From contig DFZX01000090.1 in NCBI GenBank assembly GCA_002383695.1, positions 13,139 to 77,138 of the forward strand: a stretch of DNA of 64,000 nucleotides, in the 5' to 3' direction. Numbering within the stretch: position 1 is the stretch's first letter; every line of letters starts with the position of its first letter. The position numbers and the translations under genes were made by a program. Positions 38,140-47,096 of this stretch are shown here, piece by piece. The DNA comes from Bacillales bacterium UBA4045. Lineage in GTDB: Bacteria; Bacillota; Bacilli; Paenibacillales; UBA4045. The notes beneath the pieces are model-generated. The model had not been told where the DNA came from, made no database searches, and saw only the letters and a program-made list of their open reading frames with translations.

Positions 38140-39090
38140 TTAAGCATGGAAGCTTAAGAGACAATGGGGTTGGATCGAACCAACTATTTCCCCATGCCGA
38201 TTTATTAAATTAGGCTTGTGATAAGGATGTAGCTTTATCAGCTCATGATCTTCAAGTAGCTTGAGCTGATGAAGTACTTCAACGACGGCTGGATATAGAG
38301 CTCGCTCTGCGCCGTCAACAATCTTAATTGCGGCCCCGATATTCTGAGCGGGGACCGTGAACGCATAGACACCCTCAGCGCCCATCTTTCCAATAATCCT
38401 GCCCTTCGTTGCGCGTATTAGTTCGGTATCAAATCGGTCTGTGCCTGCTAGCTGGAATGGAGAATGTCGAAGAGAGCTAATAATAGTATCACATGCATCC
38501 TTACGAATCGTATGAAAGCTATATGGCGGTGTACCTAATCTGGCAAACCCCAATGCTAGCTGGTGAATAGTCATTCCGAATACAGGTACCCCACAGCCAT
38601 CAACTGCTATAATGAGCCGTGAAGGTTCAATATCACAGATAGATGTAATTACTGAGGCAATTGTCCTTTGTACAGGATGATATATATGTTCATAGCCGGA
38701 AGCATCGATATTTAACATCGTGCTTAATACAAGCATTCCAGCGTGCTTACCGGAACAATTGTCATGGATGTCACAATATAAATCAGCAGACGTCATTCCG
38801 ATCTTGTCTAATACAGAGGACACGCACGCTATGTGCTCTTGCTCTCCATTATGGGAAGCGCATACGGTGGCGATTTCTGAAGGGGTTAGATCATATCTAT
38901 GATTGGCCCCAGCTTCTAAAAGTGATACCACTTGTAAGGGCTTAACTGTAGAACGAGCATAGGTAAGATAGTGAGGGTTTCCAGAGTGTGCTATAATTTT
39001 TCCTAGCGAGTCTGTTACAACAGCGTGACCTAGATGTACACTCTCACTTAATTGACCACGATTACAATGAATTATGATTTGCTCATGGGA
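38140..39090 (-). CDS. asparaginase family II (PF06089-like)
   Basis: Start MSHEQ after CAGGAG. Motifs ARSTVKPLQ, CASHNGEQEH and CSGKHAGML. Confidence 0.75.
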   Translation of the reverse strand, partial: SHEQIIIHCNRGQLSESVHLGHAVVTDSLGKIIAHSGNPHYLTYARSTVKPLQVVSLLEAGANHRYDLTPSEIATVCASHNGEQEHIACVSSVLDKIGMTSADLYCDIHDNCSGKHAGMLVLSTMLNIDASGYEHIYHPVQRTIASVITSICDIEPSRLIIAVDGCGVPVFGMTIHQLALGFARLGTPPYSFHTIRKDACDTIISSLRHSPFQLAGTDRFDTELIRATKGRIIGKMGAEGVYAFTVPAQNIGAAIKIVDGAERALYPAVVEVLHQLKLLEDHELIKLHPYHKPNLINRHGEIVGSIQPHCLLSFHA

Positions 39091-39165
39091 CATAATGATC
39101 ACTCCTGCAAATTTTAGAATACTTGCCACATTATATGTTCATACATTAGAAAGGGAGTTTATAGG

Positions 39166-39426
39166 ATGCATGAAAGATTTGGAGCTATTGTATGGGTAAA
39201 CGATATTAAATCCGCTCGTGGGTTAGAGAAATTTGGTTCAGTTCATTATATCTCCAAACGGATGAAATATGTAGTCATGTACATGGATGCAGCGCAATAT
39301 GAAGCAACAGCTATGCAATTGTCGAAATTCCCCTATGTGAAATCGGTGGAGCGCTCTTATCGTACGGAAATTCGAACGGAATACAGCTCTAGTATGCCCG
39401 ACAAGGCAAAATCCTTCACTTATTAA
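39166..39426 (+). CDS. ylbG: YlbG (UPF0298/DUF2129) family protein
   Basis: 86 aa. GAIVWVNDIKSARGLEKFGSVHYISKRMKYVVMY matches the YlbG pattern. Confidence 0.8.
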   Translation: MHERFGAIVWVNDIKSARGLEKFGSVHYISKRMKYVVMYMDAAQYEATAMQLSKFPYVKSVERSYRTEIRTEYSSSMPDKAKSFTY

Positions 39427-39533
39427 TTCTTTGTGAAAATGTCCAATTGGAAATTTTCTTTAAATGGAGTAAACTAGGAATATGAGCATAGAAATATAGG
39501 CTTTAAGTCCCATTTCAGAAGGGAGTTTTACTA

Positions 39534-39968
39534 ATGAAGGATCGAGTTATGGACCGTTGGAGTACATACGAGCCTTTTCATATCACCCTAGGGGATAAGA
39601 AAGTAGCCGATATCGTTATAACGAATCATGCCTTATCGCGCTGGAATGACAGAATTGTACGTGGAGATGAGTCCATTGGAGATATATGTGAATATTTGTG
39701 GACCCAGCTCAAGCAAGATCAGATTAAGTCGTATTATAGGAATGAGCAGGATGTTTATCTTGTGGAGGATGATTTAGTCATGGTCGCAGAGTTCGGCAAT
39801 CTGGATCAAACTGACTTGGTAGGTAATCCGTTACATAAGATGATCATTGTTACTTTCTTAGGGCGAATGAGTGAGACCATGGAGCTACGCGACCTTAAGT
39901 CCTACTATTCATGGCTACGTCACTCTCGTAGAATGACACTTATTAAGAACAGTCGCAAGCGTAGATAA
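39534..39968 (+). CDS. hypothetical protein with strongly basic C-terminus (144 aa)
   Basis: ORF after AAGGGAG with its own terminator. No confident family. Confidence 0.5.
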   Translation: MKDRVMDRWSTYEPFHITLGDKKVADIVITNHALSRWNDRIVRGDESIGDICEYLWTQLKQDQIKSYYRNEQDVYLVEDDLVMVAEFGNLDQTDLVGNPLHKMIIVTFLGRMSETMELRDLKSYYSWLRHSRRMTLIKNSRKRR

Positions 39969-39986
39969 TTTTTTATATGGCCTCAT

Positions 39987-40025
39987 AAACAAGCAATCAG
40001 CAATTAGGCTGTTTGCTTGTTTTTT
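39987..40025 (+). terminator. Rho-independent terminator
   Basis: aaacaagcaa/ttgcttgttt 10-bp stem followed by Ts. Confidence 0.65.
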
Positions 40026-40079
40026 GTGCAATGGACTATTAAGATGGTTGATATATACAAGTAGGGGCGGTCTTCAACC

Positions 40080-40922
40080 ATGGAAATGATTACTTATGTA
40101 GATTTACATACGCACACAACTGCCTCAGATGGTGTGCATACACCTACAGATAATGTTCGTCTTGCACTTGCAGCGGGTCTTGCTGCTGTTGCCATAACGG
40201 ACCATGATACGGTTTCAGGCATTGATGAGGCCCTTCAAGAAGGGGAACGAATTGGTATTCATGTTGTACCCGGTGTTGAGATTAGCACTGTGGACCGTGG
40301 AGTTGACGTCCACATCCTTGGATACTATATGGATGATAAGGATCCATTATTTAATCAAAGACTAGCTCAGCTTCGAGATACACGTAATATTCGTAACAAA
40401 CTAGTCCTTAATCGTCTAAATGAGCTAGGTATTCGCATAACTATGGAAGAGGTGAATGAACGCCTCATTCATCAGAAGAGTAAGGATCAATCCTTAGGAA
40501 GGCCACACATCGCAGATGTACTCATCGCACGAGGAATTGTGAATACGGTAGCGGAGGCTTTTAAATTGTACTTAGGTCAGGGGGGAGCTGCTTATGTCAA
40601 TCCACCACGTATTACTCCCCGGGAAGCAATCGATTGGATTAGAGAAGCTGGTGGGAAAGCAGTTCTAGCTCATCCAGGGCTATACAACAATGAAGCCATT
40701 GTCCTAGATATTATAGGGTATGGCATTGACGGGATTGAAACTTATCATTCAGATCATAACGGGGAACAACGAAAGCACTATTATGATCTAGCTGTTCAGC
40801 ATGGATTAATCATTACGGCGGGCTCAGATTTCCATGGTATTAAAGCGGGAGTCACTTATCATGGTGAAATCGGCGCCGAGCGTATAAGTACGCAGGTCTT
40901 ACAATTGTTGAAGGAGAGATAA
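40080..40922 (+). CDS. PHP-domain phosphoesterase (YciV/TrpH-like)
   Basis: DLHTHTTASDG, AITDHD, AHPG and GSDFHG motifs. Confidence 0.82.
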   Translation: MEMITYVDLHTHTTASDGVHTPTDNVRLALAAGLAAVAITDHDTVSGIDEALQEGERIGIHVVPGVEISTVDRGVDVHILGYYMDDKDPLFNQRLAQLRDTRNIRNKLVLNRLNELGIRITMEEVNERLIHQKSKDQSLGRPHIADVLIARGIVNTVAEAFKLYLGQGGAAYVNPPRITPREAIDWIREAGGKAVLAHPGLYNNEAIVLDIIGYGIDGIETYHSDHNGEQRKHYYDLAVQHGLIITAGSDFHGIKAGVTYHGEIGAERISTQVLQLLKER

Positions 40923-40923
40923 G

Positions 40924-41814
40924 ATGACAATTCGCAAAGCAATTATTCCAGCAGCTGGGCTAGGTACACGATTCTTACCCGCTACGAAAGCACAGCCCAA
41001 AGAAATGCTGCCTATCGTTGATAAGCCGGCGATTCAATATATCGTCGAGGAAGCCATTGCCTCGGGGGTTGAAGATATAATTATTGTTACAGGGCGGAAT
41101 AAGCGGGCGATAGAGGATCATTTCGATCGATCTGTTGAACTGGAGATGATGCTTGCAGAGAAAGAGAAACAGGAATTGCTTAGTCTTGTTGTAGATATCG
41201 GTAGAATGGCTGACATTCACTATATTCGTCAGAAGGAGCCATTAGGTTTAGGTCATGCTGTTTTATGTGCACGCAAATTTATTGGTAACGAGCCCTTTGC
41301 TGTATTGCTAGGAGATGATATCATGCAGTCGGACCCCCCTTGTCTTGCTCAGATGATTCGACTGTATGAGCAATCACGTTCACCAATCGTTGCTGTATCC
41401 AAAGTTCCTTATGAGGATGTAAATAAATATGGGATTATTTCGCCAGTAACAGATTCAAGCTATGGCCCAATGTCTGGTGAAAGTGTGGGGATTTCTGATC
41501 TAGTAGAGAAGCCTGATCGTGATGAAGCACCCTCGAATCTTGCCATTATTGGACGGTATATATTGGATCCAGCTGTTTTCGACATCTTAGAGAAGAGTAG
41601 GCCTAGTCGTGGTGGTGAAATCCAGCTCACCGATGCGTTGAGAGTTTTAAATATGAATCATCCAATGCTTGCCTTTCTCTATGGTGGAAAAAGATACGAT
41701 GTAGGAGATAAGTTTGGATTTATTCAAGCTACCATTGAGCTCGCCTTACAGAAGGAAGAGCTGGAGACAGATCTTAAAGCATATTTAAAAACGCTGGTTC
41801 AGAGCTGGAAGTAA
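40924..41814 (+). CDS. galU: UTP--glucose-1-phosphate uridylyltransferase
   Basis: KAIIPAAGLGTRFLPATKAQPKEMLPIVDKP, VEKP motif. 296 aa. Confidence 0.92.
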   Translation: MTIRKAIIPAAGLGTRFLPATKAQPKEMLPIVDKPAIQYIVEEAIASGVEDIIIVTGRNKRAIEDHFDRSVELEMMLAEKEKQELLSLVVDIGRMADIHYIRQKEPLGLGHAVLCARKFIGNEPFAVLLGDDIMQSDPPCLAQMIRLYEQSRSPIVAVSKVPYEDVNKYGIISPVTDSSYGPMSGESVGISDLVEKPDRDEAPSNLAIIGRYILDPAVFDILEKSRPSRGGEIQLTDALRVLNMNHPMLAFLYGGKRYDVGDKFGFIQATIELALQKEELETDLKAYLKTLVQSWK

Positions 41815-41844
41815 TCGATAATAAACTAAACTAACTTCCACTAT

Positions 41845-42681
41845 TTATTCGAGCTTACCCATTACCTTGTTTGCTTCGAGCTCAATTAGGGAATCGTCAT
41901 ATAAACGGTGAATAAAACGAATAGCATTGTCGGGTTGCAAGGCATTCACTCTGACTGCAGCGATTAACGGTTTTTCATATAACCCCAACATTCCTGGAAG
42001 CTCGCCATGACTTAAATCAATCCCATAGGAATCCCAGTCATCGATCTTAGCCAGATAACCAAGGCGTAATAGCTGAATGAATTGACTTCGGTCAAGAATA
42101 TATAGATCTGGATTTTCCGTGAGCACCATGAGTAAGCTATTGCTCTGCATCATTGATTGTCGTTTGCTTTTGATGTGACTCCATTCTGGCATCAGTGGGA
42201 GCAGTTGTTGCTCCAAGGCTTGCTCCGAAGTGTATTCAAGGTTCTGCATATCATCAACAGCTACCATAATCGATAGGTCTGGCACGGGTAAATTGGCTAC
42301 TACACTCTGCTCTTGCTGAAGATGTTTATAACCAATAATGAAGAATCCTACGAATAGGAACAGTATCATACATCCTATAAGCTGAATTTTATTGTAATAT
42401 AAAAAATGATCGATATTCTCCGCAGCTTTAGAATATCTCTTATACTTACCATAGTGCTTCTCACGATATTCTCCAATCTGTTTATCAATCTCTGCATTAA
42501 GAATGAGACGGTATGCTTGATTAACGCTTTTCCATTGGATTTCATCCATCATAGACAGGCTACCGCGATTTTTTTTGCCATGTAATCTGTGAATAACATT
42601 GTGATATCTTTTCTCAACCTGTTGTCGGGTTGCATCTATAGATAATCCCAAATCTTCATACGCTTGTTCATTCTGGTTCAT
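41845..42681 (-). CDS. single-pass membrane protein with J-domain-like N-terminus lacking HPD
   Basis: AYEDLGLSIDATRQQVEKRYHNVIHRLHGKKN...NQAYRLI, with one TM segment at about residues 100-118. Confidence 0.5.
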   Translation of the reverse strand: MNQNEQAYEDLGLSIDATRQQVEKRYHNVIHRLHGKKNRGSLSMMDEIQWKSVNQAYRLILNAEIDKQIGEYREKHYGKYKRYSKAAENIDHFLYYNKIQLIGCMILFLFVGFFIIGYKHLQQEQSVVANLPVPDLSIMVAVDDMQNLEYTSEQALEQQLLPLMPEWSHIKSKRQSMMQSNSLLMVLTENPDLYILDRSQFIQLLRLGYLAKIDDWDSYGIDLSHGELPGMLGLYEKPLIAAVRVNALQPDNAIRFIHRLYDDSLIELEANKVMGKLE

Positions 42682-42794
42682 AAGATCACCTCACCTTATG
42701 TTTCCTCAGCGTCCACAATTTTACTCATTGGACACTTATTTAGCTGTAATATTTGAAGGATACCGAATACTGTATATTTCAAGGTCATTCTCCA

Positions 42795-42820
42795 CACCAT
42801 AATCTGTATAGATTATGGTG
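42795..42820 (+). promoter_or_regulatory. perfect 10-bp inverted repeat caccataatc-N6-gattatggtg abutting the permease ribosome-binding site
   Basis: Read directly. The 3' arm ends at the first G of GGAGG (42820-42824), 9 nt before ATG 42834. Confidence 0.4.
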
Positions 42821-42833
42821 GAGGTTGAGGAGG

Positions 42834-44171
42834 ATGGGAAAGCAAGAGAGTAATTCGAAATCAATAAGCTGGTGGCAGTTAACGCTTCTAGGATTAGGTT
42901 TTACATCGGGGACAGGTTTTTTTCTAGGCTCTTCTATTGCGATCGAGCGAAGTGGTTTCTCCGTATTGATACTTTTCTTATTAGCTGGGACTATTACCTA
43001 TTTTGTATTCGATGCTCTTGCATTAATGATTGTCCAGCATGCAGAGAAGGGCTCATTCCGAGCATATTCTAAGAATGCTTATGGACGTTGGGCTGGTTTT
43101 AGTCATGGGTGGATGTATTGGACGTCGGAGATGCTCATTCTAGGAAGTCAGCTTACGGCACTTGGTCTGTTCACCAAATACTGGTTTGTTGATACGCCAC
43201 TATGGATTTTCGCATCAGGCTATGCCATTCTGGGCGTGATCATTGTTATGCTGGGTACGAAGGGCTTTGAGAAGACGGAGAATGTTCTAGCCGTCGTTAA
43301 GATCGCTGCTATCGTGATGTTTATTATCTTGGCATGCCTAGTCATTCCCGGTGTTCTAGGTAAGGAAAATGCACATATGCACGACCCTGACAGAATGAAG
43401 GACTTTTTTACTCACGGAATAATGGGGATGTGGACCGCTTTACTCTATGTGTTCTTCGCCTTTGCAGGCATTGAGGTTATGGGTTTAATGGCCACAGATT
43501 TAAAGAAACCTAAGGATGCCCCTAAATCTGGTAAGGTAATGATTATCATCATTACGACGTTATTCGTCCTCTCCATGGGATTAGCCATGCTACTAGCTCC
43601 GTTAGGCGCCTTTAATCCAGATGAGAGTCCATTCATCACTGCCTTAAAGGATCTCAAATTTACAGTTATCGTTCATATATTTAATGGGATTCTTATCGTA
43701 GCCGGCTTCTCAAGCTTGGTTGCTTCGTTATACTCCGTTACACGAATTATGTGTACAATTGCTCAAGATGGTGATGCTCCGAGTATATTATCGAAGAAGA
43801 ATAAACGTAATTTACCTTGGACTTCACTCATATTAACGATAATCGGTATGATGCTTTCGATTATTATTGCGCTGCTACTGCCAGATAAGGTTTATGAGTA
43901 CATAACAACTGCAGGTGGTCTCATGCTGTTATATACATGGTTATTTATTGTGCTGGCTGCGCGTAAGCTACTCGAGCTTTCCTTCTGGGGCCAGGTTAAA
44001 TCATTTTCTGCAATTACGGTAATCCTGATCGCAGCGTGCGGTACTTTATTCGACAAGACGAATCGACCAGGATTCTTTGCGAGTCTGATTATTATTGCTA
44101 TCATTGCCGGGGTTACCTTAATCATGAGGAAGGTGTGGAAGAAAGGACAGCAGAAGGCATCACAGGAATAG
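42834..44171 (+). CDS. amino acid permease (APC superfamily)
   Basis: Start MGKQESN preceded by GGAGG. About 12 TM segments, with the N-terminal WWQLTLLGLGFTSGTGFFLGS pattern. Confidence 0.85.
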   Translation: MGKQESNSKSISWWQLTLLGLGFTSGTGFFLGSSIAIERSGFSVLILFLLAGTITYFVFDALALMIVQHAEKGSFRAYSKNAYGRWAGFSHGWMYWTSEMLILGSQLTALGLFTKYWFVDTPLWIFASGYAILGVIIVMLGTKGFEKTENVLAVVKIAAIVMFIILACLVIPGVLGKENAHMHDPDRMKDFFTHGIMGMWTALLYVFFAFAGIEVMGLMATDLKKPKDAPKSGKVMIIIITTLFVLSMGLAMLLAPLGAFNPDESPFITALKDLKFTVIVHIFNGILIVAGFSSLVASLYSVTRIMCTIAQDGDAPSILSKKNKRNLPWTSLILTIIGMMLSIIIALLLPDKVYEYITTAGGLMLLYTWLFIVLAARKLLELSFWGQVKSFSAITVILIAACGTLFDKTNRPGFFASLIIIAIIAGVTLIMRKVWKKGQQKASQE

Positions 44172-44789
44172 AAAGATAATAGCCTGGTAGCCAAAGTATA
44201 ATCCAAAGCCGATCAATGATACGCCAGCTAGCCGAGAAATTAACATCAATATATAGTCATTCAATAATTTGCTCGATAGGCTAGCAACTGTTGCCATGGT
44301 TATATCCCATATCATTAATCCGATGAATATGCCTGAGCTATAGATTAATAAATCCCATGCTCCGTAGGTTTCGGCTGTCTTAGCAAGGATAGAACCGTAA
44401 ATCCCTAACCAGAAAAGAATACTCAATGGATTGGATAGGGTCATGAAGAATCCAGAGGTGAATGACTTTAAGGAGGACTCATCCTTCGAAGTAGATGAAC
44501 GGGATAGAATGTTGCTGGTGTTGTTCAAGCTTTCAATCCCACTATAAATGAGAATGAAGCAGCCGAATAACCATAGGAAGGTCTTGACGAATGGTGAGCT
44601 TAAGAGATGAGCAGAACCGAAATAGATGAGTAGCATGAAAACTGCGTCAGCTGCCATGGCACCTAATCCAATTAACCAGGCAGGCCAGAAGCCAGCTTTA
44701 ATTCCCTTGTCCAGCTGTGCTGCATTCACTGGACCAATTGGAGCTGCTAATGACAGTCCGAGTAGGATATAGCTAACAAAGATGTTCAA
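44160..44789 (-). CDS. LysE/RhtB family amino-acid exporter
   Basis: 209 aa, 6 TM segments, N-terminal LGLSLAAPIGPVN motif. Confidence 0.8.
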   Translation of the reverse strand: MNIFVSYILLGLSLAAPIGPVNAAQLDKGIKAGFWPAWLIGLGAMAADAVFMLLIYFGSAHLLSSPFVKTFLWLFGCFILIYSGIESLNNTSNILSRSSTSKDESSLKSFTSGFFMTLSNPLSILFWLGIYGSILAKTAETYGAWDLLIYSSGIFIGLMIWDITMATVASLSSKLLNDYILMLISRLAGVSLIGFGLYFGYQAIIFLFL

Positions 44790-44871
44790 TACCTGATACC
44801 TCCTAATTAAGACTACTTGTACATCTTATTGGGATAGGCTTCAGTATAGAACACGTTTGTAAAAAGACTAC

Positions 44872-44927
44872 AAAAAAACTAAGAAGCCATTACACTGTTG
44901 AATTAATCAACTGTATAACGGCTTCTT
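44872..44927 (-). terminator. Rho-independent terminator of rqcH
   Basis: aagaagcc...ggcttctt long hairpin followed by T7 on the minus strand. Confidence 0.65.
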
Positions 44928-45037
44928 ATGATGGTGCTATGACATTGAGATAGTTGAAAAAATCGACTAATGGCTACTTACAGAGTGCTTTGACGCATGT
45001 CGTATACGTTTATATCTCAATAGTCTGATATGTGCGA

Positions 45038-46915
45038 CTACTTCTGCTCCTGCTTCATTAGCTTGATACGCTTCTCATCCGGTGTAACAAATAGTGTTTT
45101 TTGTCGATCGTAGATGACGTATCCTGGTTTAGCACCGCTTGGCTTGCGGACGTGGCGAATGAGCGTATAATCCACAGGAACCTGACTTGATTCCTTAGCT
45201 TGGCTGTAATAAGCAGATAACATTGCAGCTTCTAGTAAGGTTTCATCGTTAAATTGTGTGCTTCGAATGACGACATGAGACCCAGGAATATCCTTAGTAT
45301 GGAGCCAAGTGTCTGAAGATTGGGCCAGTCGATTTGTTACATACTCATTCTGTATATTGTTCTTACCCACATAGATCGGAATGCCCTCCGTAGAGGTGAA
45401 GCAAGTGATTGTTGGTTTGTCGTTCTTCTTCTTCCGCTTCAATTTTTTCCCGCGATGGCGAAGATACCCTTGCTCCACCAACTCCTCACGAATTTCGCTG
45501 ATATCGGCCATGGTCGCTATCCCAAGCTGTTGGAGTAAAGTGTCCATGTACAATATCTCTTGATGAGTAGCGGCTAATTGCTCTTCAACCGTCACGATAC
45601 TATTCTTCATCTTGCTATATCTTCTGAAGAAGCGCTGCGCATTATCAGAGGGTGAGAGCTGAGGGTCTAAGGGAATGACTATCATCGCTTGATTCTCATC
45701 ATAATAATTTAGCACTTCAATCTGCTTATCACCTCGCTTGATGAGATGCATAGAGGCGGTCAATAATTCACCTAGAATGCGGAATCGATCAGCATCCTTC
45801 GCATCATCTATCGTATCCTTTAGCTTCTCAAGCTTGGATATATTCTTAGCTCTATTGTTCTGTACCAGCTTCCATAGATCAGTAACTCTCTGCTTGACGG
45901 TGTCACGTTCCGCTCTATTGCCATAGAATGCTTCGAGACACTCACTGATCGACGGATAGGTGGTCACAACGCCAGATAAGTGAGTCAGCTCTGTAATCGA
46001 AAAGCTTGATTTCCCAGAAGGTAGCATCACGATATTAGGTACGATGGTGTTATTCAAGATCTGATTTATGAGTTCAGAGAAATGAACACCAAGCGTGTCA
46101 AGTACAATCGTCTCATCCACATTCACAAGCTCTTGCTGAGATGACTGAAGAGCAAGTATACTTCGATGGACAAGCTCTCTTGCTATTAATGGGCTTATCC
46201 CTGTGTACGTATTCACGATAGCTTGTAGCCAGAATTGAGCATCTTTAATAATCGGAGGCGGCTCTATGTGCCGCTCAGCTTCCAATTTCATCAATTCTTC
46301 GAGATCCAGACCATCTCCGAGGCCACGAAGATCCTCTTCAGGTTTCTGATTCATACGTTCAATCATATCGACTCTGAACTGTTCCCTACTTGTGTGTAAT
46401 GGGTTTGCCTTCTTCTGATCAGGTGGATCCACATAACGACTACCAGGCATGACGATACGATGCGCACTAATTGCAGGGGTTACATGCTGGATACCATCCA
46501 TGATCATCTGAGTGAGAGGATCCAGCAGGATAATATTGCTATGACGTCCCATAAGCTCGACAACGATGACCTTAGCTCGGATATCACCTAGCTCGTCCCG
46601 ATGATTGATATGGATGTGGATGATCCGTTCTGTGCCAATTTGTTCTATACGATCGATCGTTCCATTCTCACAATGCTTGCGCAGAAGCATACAGAACATC
46701 GGTGCATCCATCGGATTCACGAAGGTTTGCTCGGAGAGATGTAAACGTGGGTAAGTAGGATTGGCGGACAGCAATAGCTTGCCATTCTGACCTTGGTAAC
46801 GAATATTCAGAATAACATCGTATGGAGAGGGCTGATGGATCTTATTTATTTTGGCTCCGGAGAGCAGTTGAAGTTGTTCGACTAATGCGTGTGTGACTAA
46901 ACCATCTAATGCCAT
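45038..46915 (-). CDS. rqcH: ribosome quality control protein RqcH (NFACT/FbpA family; YloA)
   Basis: MALDGLVTHALVEQL, LLLSANPTYPRLHL, and the C-terminal NFACT-R block WLHTKDIPGSHVVI. Adjacent to yloB. Confidence 0.88.
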   Translation of the reverse strand: MALDGLVTHALVEQLQLLSGAKINKIHQPSPYDVILNIRYQGQNGKLLLSANPTYPRLHLSEQTFVNPMDAPMFCMLLRKHCENGTIDRIEQIGTERIIHIHINHRDELGDIRAKVIVVELMGRHSNIILLDPLTQMIMDGIQHVTPAISAHRIVMPGSRYVDPPDQKKANPLHTSREQFRVDMIERMNQKPEEDLRGLGDGLDLEELMKLEAERHIEPPPIIKDAQFWLQAIVNTYTGISPLIARELVHRSILALQSSQQELVNVDETIVLDTLGVHFSELINQILNNTIVPNIVMLPSGKSSFSITELTHLSGVVTTYPSISECLEAFYGNRAERDTVKQRVTDLWKLVQNNRAKNISKLEKLKDTIDDAKDADRFRILGELLTASMHLIKRGDKQIEVLNYYDENQAMIVIPLDPQLSPSDNAQRFFRRYSKMKNSIVTVEEQLAATHQEILYMDTLLQQLGIATMADISEIREELVEQGYLRHRGKKLKRKKKNDKPTITCFTSTEGIPIYVGKNNIQNEYVTNRLAQSSDTWLHTKDIPGSHVVIRSTQFNDETLLEAAMLSAYYSQAKESSQVPVDYTLIRHVRKPSGAKPGYVIYDRQKTLFVTPDEKRIKLMKQEQK

Positions 46916-47096
46916 AATTGAATGCTCCTTACCTCTATTTATAACGCCTTTACTATCATGCCATACTTCACAGCAAAACTTAAGGGCTTCGTGGGATATT
47001 TTTCAGCTTGTCTGAATACATATCAACGTAAACGTACAAGTTCTGATGTGCTGTAACAAAATAGAGGGAATTTTTCAAAATGGAGGAGATACGCGT

